From Octopus sinensis (taxonomy: Eukaryota): 64,000 nt of DNA. The notes beneath the pieces are model-generated. The model had not been told where the DNA came from. It did no database searches and saw only the letters and a program-made list of their open reading frames with translations. Shown here piece by piece: positions 52,335-64,000 of this stretch. The position numbers were made by a program, and so were the translations under genes. The stretch lies in NCBI RefSeq assembly GCF_006345805.1, contig NC_042997.1:42842001-42906000 (forward strand), given 5' to 3'. Numbering within the stretch: position 1 is the first letter of the stretch; every line of letters starts with the position of its first letter.

Positions 52335-53239
52335 AGTTGTGTTGAATGTATGGCAGTTGAAAAAGAAAAGTTACAGGATAGTTCCAAACGTAACCCCACC
52401 TCTATGTTTGTTATATGTGAACAACAAAACAAACTATGCTCCACTGTACACATCTTACACAAGCTGTGTTCTACAAGTTAAATTTGTCACGTGCATAAAC
52501 AGAGCAAAGTCAATAATAATAATAATAAAAATAATAAAGATTTAGTATAGCAAACGTCTAAGGCCCGAATAACATGCATAACGCAGATTAGTTAATAAAG
52601 CTTTAGATAAGGGTGAAGGTAGTTGGTGGGACGAAGCAAAACAATGCGGTCTTATGTACTCTGAACATGCCTGGCATGCTAGAGTCATGCTGCTAGTAGT
52701 AAGTAGACTGGTGCTTAAGTTTCCACTAGCTGAGAGCCTCATGGGAATTCTTATTTGAAAACAAACATCCCAAAGTCGTGATGATTTTGTATATAGAAAT
52801 GGATGTTTAACCTTTTCTCTTATGTGGTCCTTGTCATGTTTAATTAGTCCACCAAGAGCTGCAGGGTATGGAATAAATCATCATAGCTAACTAATAGCGT
52901 CCTATAATGATAGAACGAACAGAAAAGATAACATATTACACTACTTATAAATACGTGGTTTTCTTTTTCATCTGAAATAATACAGAAGAAAAAAATAAAA
53001 AGGAAATCACACACACAAAAAGAGAAATGTTTCATTATCGACAATAACTGCAACTTTTTTTAATGTTATTTCTCTCTTTATTTCCATAAGAGATGTTTTT
53101 AAAAAATGGGATTATATTAATTGAATTGTCGTCTAGTAAACTCGGTTAAAAAGATCAGAATATCTTGTCTGTCTATGGAAATCGCAGAAATGTACTTATT
53201 CCTTTTTTTTACCGCTTTGAAACTAGCATTCATAAAAAG

Positions 53240-53240
53240 A

Positions 53241-53271
<31 letters not shown>

Positions 53272-53327
53272 GAGAAAGAGAGAGAGAGAAAGAGAGAGAG
53301 GGGAGGGAGAGGGAGAGAGAGACAGAG

Positions 53328-53366
<39 letters not shown>

Positions 53367-53532
53367 TAGACAGACAGACAGACAGACAGATAGATAGATA
53401 GAATAGGTATATAGATAGATAGACAGATAGATAGATAGACAGACAGACAGATAGATAGACAGACAGACAGATAGATAGATAGACAGACAGATAGATAGAT
53501 AGACAGACAGATAGATAGATAGACAGACAGAC

Positions 53533-53563
<31 letters not shown>

Positions 53564-53677
53564 TAGATAGATAGAATAGATATATAGATAGACAGACAGA
53601 TAGATAGATAGACAGACAGACAGATAGATAGATAGACAGACAGATAGACAGATAGAATAGATAGATAGAATAGATAT

Positions 53678-53718
<41 letters not shown>

Positions 53719-54188
53719 TAGATAGATAGATAGATAGATAGACAGACAGATAGATAGATAGAATAGATATATAGACAGACAGACAGACAGATAGACAGAC
53801 AGACAGACAGACAGATAGATAGATAGAATAGGTATATAGATAGATAGACAGATAGATAGATAGACAGACAGACAGATAGATAGACAGACAGACAGATAGA
53901 TAGATAGACAGACAGATAGATAGATAGACAGACAGATAGATAGATAGACAGACGACAGATAGATAGACAGACAGACAGATAGATAGATAGACAGACAGAT
54001 AGATAGATAGACAGACAGATAGATAGATAGACAGACAGACAGATAGATAGACAGACAGACAGACAGATAGATAGACAGACAGATAGATATATAGATAGAC
54101 AGACAGACAGATAGAGAGACAGATAGACAGACAGATAGATAGATAGACAGACAGATAGACAGATAGAATAGATAGATAGAATAGATAT

Positions 54189-54221
<33 letters not shown>

Positions 54222-54233
54222 TAGACAGATAGA

Positions 54234-54301
<68 letters not shown>

Positions 54302-54372
54302 CAGACAGATAGAGAGACAGATAGACAGACAGACAGACAGATAGATATATAGATAGATAGACAGATAGATAG
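53240..54372. repeat. Compound (TA)n/(GA)n/(GATA,GACA)n satellite of about 1.1 kb
   Basis: Directly visible; it produces the spurious 422-aa ORF. Confidence 0.98.
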
Positions 54373-54637
54373 TTAAAAAAGACAAATGTTGATTTAGCTT
54401 GCTTAAGTCAACTATTACAACACAGTGACTTCCCTGCCATGGGACATGCAGTTAAGAAGATTTATAGAGAAATGCACAGAACTTCTAATTGCTTGATAAT
54501 TAGTATTTATTTGTGCAAAGTTTCAACCAACTGTTTCTCCAGCTGTGATCTCACTTCACTGCATCTGTTTCCCTATTAAATTAAAAGCTACACTGCCGTT
54601 AGTATAATGCTTGCTCTCTTCTACAGTTACACAACAT

Positions 54638-54673
<36 letters not shown>

Positions 54674-56174
54674 CAGGCACATCTTCAAGGGAGCCTCTAT
54701 GTGGTCACTCCCTGCTAGAAATAAAAGTAAATCTCCTTTCTATCAGGACATAGTATCTTTTTGTTTTCCTTTCTATTTAGAACACATTAGATCAAAACTT
54801 GACAAAAGGACCAAACAAAACACAAAAGCTGCTAAAACTCTACAAAGAATTTAAGGCCAGGAATGGGGAAACAGCACCAGTCACCACCACTAAGCAAAAA
54901 CAAAACAAAAAAGAAAGAAAGAAAGAAAGAAAGAAAGAAAAACGAAAATTTGGGTTCTGTCAGATTTCCACAGCAGTCTGACATTTTCAAATGACCAGAA
55001 GATAAGAAAAATTGCTTGAAAACAGATAATGGGTAAGGGATTAGGAGCAATGGAAGTAGCTCCATTTAACTGAAGCTAATAAACTTTAATGAAGCTCATT
55101 AAATTCACTTTCGACAGAATGTCAAGCCTCATGGAAACCGTTTTATAAAAGAAGGTTAATAAGGTGTCAAACAGAAATAAAAACCTTACTTAGACGTGTG
55201 CATGCGTGTATTGGCAAACGAGGCAAATAAAGGTACAAGACTACAATTATATATAATGAAATTGTATGTGTGTGGGTGTGCGTGTTTGTGTCTGCATGTG
55301 TGCGCGTGAGTCCAAATCTTTTGTATGCATTCTCTAATATATTTCTGGGTAGAACACTTATCACTACATGCCTCACTTTAGCTAACAGTTACAAATATTT
55401 ATCGTATCTCCTACTAACATTCTTAGACTTGAAGCCTGCCTGAAAAAGGTAAAGGCAATGTGAAACCACTTAACTGTATCCTTCCTTTCCCACCCCTAGA
55501 AAATGCAACAAACTAACAACCGAAATGATCTCTAAGGTACTATTGTGGAATGCCAGAGAAAGTGCATTGAGGTATTAAAGTGTATATCCTTTTACAATGT
55601 GGGTTCAAATCCCGTCAAAGTGGGTTGATAAAATGAAATATCAGCCAAGTACTGGATGGAGCAGAATCTGTTGTTTCAACCCTATTCAACAGCTAAAAAA
55701 AAAAAAAAAAGGGGCCTTTAAGCCTGAATCAGAAATCAATAGAAGAAAGGTAGACCACAGGAGAAAGTGCAGAGTTGTTTTAGCTTCAGCCTTCTGTTTT
55801 CAGAATTAATATCTCACCAAAGTCAGTTACTTTCCATTCTAGGGTCAATAAATTAAGTACTAGTTAAGTACTGGAGAAAGGGATGACAGGATACCCCTTT
55901 GTTTGAGTTGTAGCTTCGTGTCTTAAGTAATTAATGTTTATTCTTGTTCAATCCTGGCTGAGCAGACATATGTTCCAGTTATGACCATCTTGTTTTCCTT
56001 AATATTTTTTTCAAACCAAGGGTATCTGGGACAATATCCAATGTGCCCAATTCCAAAACAATAGGGTGTGATTTGAAGGAAATTTGGTTGTGTGATTGTG
56101 TAGCTGCTGCTTCTCTTGCAACTAGGTTAGAAATCTCTAGAGTACCTAGTGAAATAAGTTGTGAAGATGTATTG

Positions 56175-56560
56175 GATGGAAGCACTCCGTCGGTTACGAC
56201 GATGAGGGTTCGGGTTGATCCGAATCAATGGAACAGCCAGCTCGTGAAATTAACGTGTAAGTGGCTGAGCACTCCACAGACACGTGTACCCTTAACGTAG
56301 TTCTTGGGGATAATCAGCGTGACACAGAGAGTGACAAGGCCGGCCCTTTGAAATACAGGTACAACAGAAACAGGAAGTAAGAGTGAGAGAAAGTTGTGGT
56401 GAAAGAGTACAGCAGGGATCACCACCACTCCCTGCCGGAACGCGTGGAGCTTTAAGTGTTTTCGCTCAATAAACACTCACAACGCCCGGTCTGGGAATCG
56501 AAACCGCGATCCTACGACCGTGAGTCCGCTGCCCTAACCACTGGGCCATTGCGCCTCCAC
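56175..56560 (-). mobile_element. SINE family D, full length
   Basis: Near-identical to 43558-43952; TSD GAAGATGTATTG (56163-56174 / 56561-56572). Confidence 0.93.
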
Positions 56561-56849
56561 GAAGATGTATTGAGCCATATGTAAATAAAAAAAACTTTTC
56601 TTTAATCGAAATTTCCTTCTCAAACATGGCCACCAGATACAACATGCAATTCTACTACATATCCACAGCTAATGTGCTTTTCTTTCGATCTACATAGTAG
56701 CAGTAGTTTGCTTGAAAAATTTGATAAAATATCTAAAACTAGGATTCTACTAATTGGACTTTTAATTCATCTTAAAAAGAAAGAAAAAAGAAATTTTGAT
56801 AGCATTATCAGTGATTACATCTTCCTCTGAATATCTAAAAAGAAAGTGT

Positions 56850-57050
56850 GATGTGCATGGATGCATGTGCATCTGTATGTATGCATGTATGTGTGTATAT
56901 GTATGCATGTGTGCATGCATTCATGTATGCATGTGTGTATGCATGCATGGATGCGTGTGTATGTATGCATGTATATGTATGCATGTATGTGTGCATATAT
57001 GTATGCATGTATGTATGCATGTATGCATGCATGCATATATATATATATAT
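56850..57050. repeat. (ATGT/ATGC)n degenerate microsatellite
   Basis: Directly visible. Confidence 0.92.
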
Positions 57051-57218
57051 ATCATCATCATCGTTTAGCGTCTGCTTTCCATGCTGGCATGGGTTGGACG
57101 GTTCAACTGGGGTCTGGGGAGCCAGTAGGCTGCACCAGGCTCCAGTCTGATCTGGCAATGTTTCTACGGCTGGATGCCCTTCCTAACGCCAACCACTCCG
57201 TGAGTGTAGTGGGTGCTT
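57051..57218 (-). mobile_element. 5'-truncated RTE 3' end
   Basis: (CAT)n tail abutting (TA)n; matches 37535-37702. Confidence 0.9.
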
Positions 57219-57669
57219 AGAGTGACATAAGTATATGCATTTAACTAGAGAAACAGTGGCATATGTATGTAGAGAGTGATGTAAGCATTATACCAAAGCC
57301 TTCATTTATCTCTTAAGACCCACAACATGGCATGAAACTAGATGTAAGTCGGTGATCTCAAGGGGCTCATTGGTGCCTAAGAAGAAACAATCAGACAATT
57401 TCTGAATGTGAAATATAAAGTTCATTACAACTGCTATAGTGTTATTTACATTAGCAAAGAGATTCCTAATAAAATAGACTATTATTGTTATGCATCACTG
57501 CTTTTATTTTCCTCCTCATCCCACCTGGCAGTCAAGCATACTCAAATACAACGGTAGCAGGTAGCTACCTCCGATTATGTCTAGTTTGCTTCTTTGCTTA
57601 CTTCACTGTCCACACTGGCAGCGAAGAAACTACTGAAGCCAGGAAGCTCATTTTTTTTTGTTTCAATTA

Positions 57670-58180
57670 TTATCGAAGTCGATCAACATCAATGGAAATT
57701 GCAGCTGTGGTACCAGTGCCGGTGACAAGTAAGCGAACCATCCGATCGTGGCCGTTGCCAGCGCCGCTCCGACTGGCCTCCGTGCTGGTGGCACGTAGCG
57801 CCGTCCGTTCGTGGCCGTTGCCAGCCTCGACTGGCCCCTGTGCCGGTGGCACGTAAAAGCACCATCCATTTGTGGCCGTTTGCCACCTCCGTCTGGCACC
57901 TGTACAGGTGGCATGTAAAAAGCACCCACTACACTCACGGAGTGGTTGGCGTTAGGAAGGGCATCCAGCTGTAGAAACACTGCCAGATCAGACTGGGCCT
58001 GATGCAGCCTTCTAGCTTCACAGACCCCAGTTGAACCGTCTACCAAATCCACTCACAAGGCTTTGGTCGGCGCGAGGCTATAGTAGAAGACACTTACCCA
58101 AGGTGCCACGCAGTGGGACTGAACCCGGAACCATGTGGTTGGTAAACAAGCTACTTACCACACTGCCACTCCTGCGCCTA
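57670..58180. mobile_element. RTE 3' UTR (+, different subfamily) fused to a SINE family A head (-)
   Basis: Junction GAACCGTC|TACCAAATCC at about 58040. Confidence 0.85.
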
Positions 58181-58181
58181 A

Positions 58182-58258
58182 TTTTTTGTGCAGGGGTTCC
58201 TTGAGACATGTAATTTATTTTAAGAGTTGTGCAAGGGTAAAAAGGTCGAGAAACACTG
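58182..58258. mobile_element. hAT MITE terminus
   Basis: Ends GGTCGAGAAACACTG (reverse complement CAGTGTTTCTCGACC), followed by ATCTACAG (nnnTAnnn); the partner end was not found. Confidence 0.5.
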
Positions 58259-58976
58259 ATCTACAGTATGTATAGTGAAGGTACTTAACTGTTGCTAGCC
58301 CTGACCATGAGACAGATTCAGCTTGAACTGGAGACATGCATGACTAATCAATGTTTTGTTAGCCAGCAGGGCCGAATTCAAGTCGTTCCCCAGACATGAA
58401 AAAAGTTAATGGGAACTCATTCCAATGTATTCTTTCTTGAAAATCCTGTGCGCTCCATCGAAAATGCTTAGAAATTGATAGTGATGCTTTAGCCCCCATT
58501 TCAGTGGAAAAATAAGAAATACTGCAATCACACTGCCAAAATCTTAGCAACAGCAACACTAACACATATCTGGTGAAACACTTAAAAAAAAAAAATAAAG
58601 ATAATTTGATAAGTGTCAGAGTAAAATTCCTTGTATCAAGCAACAAATTCTAGATTTAAAAAGGTCAATGAGCTGAAAACATACGAATTTATCAATGCCA
58701 TTGTGGATACAATAATGAAATAGAGGCTGTTACTCCTTGATTCCTGTCAAAATTGTTGTATATTTTGAGCAACATAAAATGATAGCTGGTTAAAATACTA
58801 ATCATTTAATTTTGAATTACTTTTTGATATAACATGATCCATGCAGATCTGATGCATCTATTCTGTGCATACAGTATACTGACTATGGGGTTTCATACTA
58901 AACAAAATTTCCCAGTATGAATAAGAGGTTATATGATCAGTTTTTCTGTTTGATATTTCTATGGCATACACTAGGA

Positions 58977-59152
58977 GGAAGCACTCCGTCGGTTACGACG
59001 ACGAGGGTTCCGGTTGATCCGAATCAACGGAACAGCCTGCTCGTGAAATTAACGTGTAAGTGGCTGAGCACTCCACAGACACGTGTACCCTTAACGTAGT
59101 TCTCGGGGATATTCAGCGTGACACAGAGAGTGACAAGGCCGGCCCTTTGAAA
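58977..59152 (-). mobile_element. SINE family D, 3' half
   Basis: Matches 43568-43743. Confidence 0.92.
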
Positions 59153-61011
59153 TGCTAACATTATAGCCACAGGGTAAGAAACACAGTTAACTGTGGGCAA
59201 ATTAGGCTCAAATAAAGATGGAAGTGCATTTAACAAGTTTTGAAACACAGAACATATTGGAGTAACAATAAAATCGCCAAAAGATTGAGAATTTGATGAT
59301 TGCTAAAAAGGAAAGAAACATCAAAATGTTATAGAAAATGTATGAGTTTAGAAATGCTTGGGTAGTGTTTTGAAATGCTTGGATAATAAAATATTTGAAT
59401 AAATTGAGGGGAATAAGGGATGGTATAATGATAGTAGAAGGATGGGTGAGAGTGATTTGTTTATGCTAACAGTCAGGGGCAACACTAGTGTCAAAGGGGC
59501 TGGCCTAGACTTCACGGGGTAGTGTTAACAGAGATATTTTGCTTAAATGGGGGAGGAGAAAGTGTAAAGTTGGTAAAGATGCATGTTGCAAGGGATCAGA
59601 ATACACAGCTGCAATTGAGAAACAGGGAAAGGTCTACAGCTGTTTGCTGAATAAAAGAGTCATATGCCTTTCTAATAATCTTCCAGCAGCAATTTCAAAT
59701 ATTGACACACACACACACAACTGAACCACTTTGTCGTGGTCAATTACACCTAGATCACATAACATATCATTAAGGCTAACAAATTGTTTTTGTTTTCTTT
59801 TTCCTCTGCTTTGTGTTACTTTATTTATTTATATATTTACTTGTTCACTTCCCTTCTCCTCTGAATTATGAAAGAACTTATACCTTTTAAACAAAGAAAA
59901 TATTTTAATTTTGTTTATGAAATTGTGAAAGAGAAAAAGAAAGAGAACAGGGGATGATGTTTTTGTTTTGTTTTATTTTCTTTCAATCTCAACTGACACA
60001 GTAGGAGAGATGCAAAACATTGACAATTTCCTTTCCTGAGAAAGTGGGAAAAGTATCATACCCTAAAATTATTGTAAAATTACATTTTTGCATAAAATCT
60101 TTGTTATAAAATCAAAAATAGACTATGCCAAATTAAACAAATTTGATGTGAGAAAAATCCCCAAAATCACTTTCAATAAAGGAATTCAAGTTTTCAGAAC
60201 AATTATATAAATAATATAAAGTGTTAGCATTACTTCAAATGTATATTATTGCTGCATTCTATTATACAAATCATACAGGTAAAGTAATTCATGAATTCAT
60301 ATTTATTTTGTTGAAAATTCACATCCACTGCAAAAGTAACATTGTCTCTGGGCAAGTCATTTTATGCCATGCACCACAATTCTTCTGGCAGTTGGAAATA
60401 ACTTGAAATGTTAGTAACGATAAATAAACATTCTATCCAGAAAATGGTTCATCTATCTTTTTCCTTAGCATTACTGAATCCTAAAATGAATAAATTAGAA
60501 TTCTAGATAGACATGAAAAATAATATTGGTTGTGAGATCAGTTGCCAAAAGAATCAATCACACTTTAATAGTGGATACAACAGTTACTTGTTTGTCTCTA
60601 AATCAAAGTATACTAACAGTAAACTCTGGGTACTGGAACTGAGTAGAGTGACCATTTTATTAAACAAATATTGTATGTAACCTGCAGTAGGCTATGCTAA
60701 TAAACTGTGCAGAAAACAGGGATAAGAAATTGTACACAAGAGAATTACCGCTACACCTTGAAATATGGTATGCTGCTGAAGTTAACTGAAATTGGGCCCG
60801 TGAAGTAGTTTCTGCATAATCCCTTGATTCCACGGAATATTAAAAAGATACAGAATGTCTATGAAACAAGTTCAGCCAAATATAATCAGCACTGCAAACA
60901 GTCTGTCAATATCTAAAATGTTAGATAAATGGATTATTCCTAAGTTTTCAATCACTTATCTCTGATCTATGCATCTAATCAAGCAAAGCAGACCAAAATT
61001 TCTCAATAGTA

Positions 61012-61228
61012 TTGGTTTCAAATTTTGGCAGAAGGCCAGCAATTCCAGTGGAACGGGTAAGTCAGTTACTTCGACCTCCTACTACTCAACTGGTACTTGT
61101 TTTATTGACCTCAAAAGGAAGAAAGACAAAGCCAATTTCGGCAGAATTCAAGCTCAAAATGAAAATACAGATGAAATGCTGCTGTGCATTTTGCCTGGTG
61201 TGCAAATGGTTCTGCCAGCCCATTGCCT
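61012..61228 (-). mobile_element. SINE family B, diverged
   Basis: Similar to 20733-20940. Confidence 0.72.
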
Positions 61229-61827
61229 GAGATTACTCAATAACATTATCAAGGAAAATGGTTATTATTTCAAACTCACAGTGGAAAGTGTAGCTGAGAA
61301 AAGGACTGTAAAATATCCAAGGCAATAAATGGAATATCTGGTGTTGTTCATTGATTAAAATCCATGCTAACAGAAAATCCAAATACAAAATATCAATAAG
61401 TTTTTTAGAATTGAAAATGATTTTAAATTCCAAATATTGTTTCAGAAAAGAAACTTACATATGCCTGACTTTAAGCTACAAATAACTGCTGGTATAACTT
61501 AAAATATGTTGGGATTTTTAACCAAGCAGGAAAAGTTTATAACGTTATAAGTTCACATAGAAATATTACTAGTGCTTATTTTATCAATGCTATTTAAATG
61601 AAAGGCAAGTCAATAGCCAGAGTTATCAGAAATGAAATAGGGACATGAATCTAAATACCGTAGGAAATTCAGTTTGATGCATGAGGCATTTCTGTATTAC
61701 ATTGCCAAAAAGTGGATTGCAAAATCATCTCAGCCAGGCATAGATATCATAATGTATTTAAGTTCAGTATGTTACCATTTTAGCCAACTACCTGCTCACC
61801 AACATCATAAACATAATTGTTTCTTTT

Positions 61828-62182
61828 ATCGTGGCTGTTGCCAGCGCCGCCTCGACTGGCTTCCGTGTCGGTGGCACGTAAAAGGCACCATCCGAATCGT
61901 GGCCGAAGCCAGTGCCACCTCGACTGGCTTCCGTGCAGGTGGCACGTAAAATGCACCAATCCGACCGTGGCCGATGCCAGCCTCGCCTGGCATCAGTGCA
62001 GGGGGCACGTAAAAAGCACCCACTACACTCACGGAGTGGTTGGCGTTAGGAAGGGCATCCAGCTGTAGAAACATTGCCAGATAAGACCGGAGCCTGGTGC
62101 AGCCTTCTGGCTTCCTAGATCCCCGGTTGAACCGTCCAACCCATGCTAGCATGAAGAACGGACGTTAAACGATGATGATGAT
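61828..62182 (+). mobile_element. 5'-truncated RTE 3' UTR
   Basis: Matches 37358-37702 and has a (GAT)n tail. Confidence 0.92.
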
Positions 62183-63339
62183 AACAAAAGATGAAGATAT
62201 AAAATGCCCAAGTTGTTTGATCACTAATTCTTACACCTTGAGTTTAATTCTGCTACTATATTGGCTGTAATCCTTAAATTGTAATAATATAGTTAAATAC
62301 TAATCATCATAGAATTAATCAAAATTAAAATCTAAATTATACACACAGGAAATACTTTGTTTGGAAGTTGAGAAGGTGGAGGGTCTCCCATATATCTACC
62401 CTGTTATCATTATTAAAGTGCAGACATTCAATGAGTAACGTTAACAGAAAACATAGATAGAATCTCTAAAAAATATTTGTGAATATGTTTTGAAGCTGAG
62501 ACGTCATTAAAAAATATATTAATTAGTTGGTTGCAGTTAAAAGTCAAATCTGAAAATGAATCTCTCCTCAAAAGATATAACTGAAAAATGTTCGTTCCAT
62601 GATTTCAACATTTACCCATCCCTCAACAATCACATCCTAAAGCAATTAATTTCATTGCTATCAACCTCTAGAGAATGAAGAATTAATACACCTTGAGAGC
62701 AATTACTGCATGGGAAAACGGACACTGAATTCATAACAGTAATAATAACAATGATGATGAAGATGATGATATCAAAATAAAATTGGGTGAATGTGAATTA
62801 GTGCCACACCCACTGGATTAGAGAAGCAGCACTTTGAAGACTTCATCTACATATTGTCTAATATAGGAAAAACCAGCTTTGCAAAGCACATCCTCCTTCA
62901 AGCGGCAATAAAAATGGAACCATCTGAATTCAGTGCTTGTAAGCAAAGTTAAACAGTCGCCAATATAACAACTGATCACCTAAAAATTATTAATACCCTT
63001 GATGAAGCACTCCCAAGAAGAAATAATTACAACATATCTAAACTCATTTGGAAAACATTTGTATAAATTATAACTCATAATGACTTTTAAAACTGTTTCA
63101 TAATGAGCCTGATAAAAGAGCAATCAAGAAAAGAAAAGCAAAAAAGTTGAGATAGTCAAACTCATTCTCAGATTTCAATGAAATTAACAGGAAATGACAA
63201 GAATATGGTTTCATTGTAATCAATACTTAATTGCACTATTTACAAATATTTGAGATGGAAATGAAATAATCTATAATTGTGCTAACTGCTGGTTTTCATT
63301 CCCATTGCATATCTATGTAGATACATTCCTATTACACTA

Positions 63340-63458
63340 TATGTGTGTGTGTGTGTGTGTGTGTACATGTATACATATATAAGTGTATATATATAAATGT
63401 ATAGATATATGTGTATATATATAAATGTATATATATATGTGTATATATATAAATATAA

Positions 63459-63496
<38 letters not shown>

Positions 63497-63575
63497 ATAT
63501 ATATATATATAAATGTATATATATGTGTATATATATATAAATGTATATATATGTGTATATATATATATATATAAA

Positions 63576-63607
<32 letters not shown>

Positions 63608-64000
63608 AATGTGTTCTTAAGCAAGGCACTTTATTTCACATTGCTCCAGTTCACTCAACTGTAGAAATGAGTTGCGACGTAACTGGTGCCAAGCTGTATC
63701 GGCCTTTGTCTTTCCCTTGGATAACACTGGTGGCGTGGAGAGGGGAGGCTGGTATGCATGGGCGACTGCTGGTCTTCCATAAACAACCTTGCCCGGACTT
63801 GTGTCTAAGAGGGTAACTTTCTAGGTGCAATCCCATGGTCATTCATGACCGAAGGGGGTCTTTACCCTTTAAATGTATATATATATATAAGCGTATATAT
63901 ATATATATGTGTGTGTATATATATATACATATATATATATATATAAGTGTATATATATATACATATATATATATATAAGTGTATATATATATATAAAGTG
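63340..64000. repeat. (TA)/(TG) microsatellite field containing a headless family C SINE (63610-63870)
   Basis: Repeats are directly visible; the SINE body matches 1540-1727. Confidence 0.9.

Noticed and set aside
53117-54385. 422-aa ORF
   Set aside because: It is a translation of the GATA/GACA satellite.
62790-62850. Mariner relic (ELVPHP...)
   Set aside because: The similarity is too short and the YSPDL motif is absent.

Overview
AT-rich, repeat-dense eukaryotic DNA with no intact host gene that I can recognise. It is most likely intronic or intergenic octopus (coleoid cephalopod) sequence; this call rests on my recall of the SINE/RTE families and the microsatellite load, not on a search. 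The window holds about 35 copies or fragments of four tRNA-derived SINE families, RTE-clade LINE relics, and R4/Dong-like, Jockey/CR1-like and Chapaev3-like fragments. It also holds a decayed hAT (Buster/Charlie) transposon with both TIRs, hAT, piggyBac-like and mariner MITEs, five Helitron-type elements and long microsatellites that explain most of the ORF track. The best discovery candidate is a 317-bp element at 25125-25441 that couples a tRNA-like Pol III head to a minimal hammerhead ribozyme, inside an inverted repeat with a tail and a TSD, as in Penelope-like elements. A second, core-mutated hammerhead lies at 3322-3404 and a perfect palindrome with 141-bp arms at 34849-35136. Weak evidence suggests a spliced minus-strand transcript. 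Repeat boundaries were read by eye and are approximate unless a TSD or terminus is quoted.
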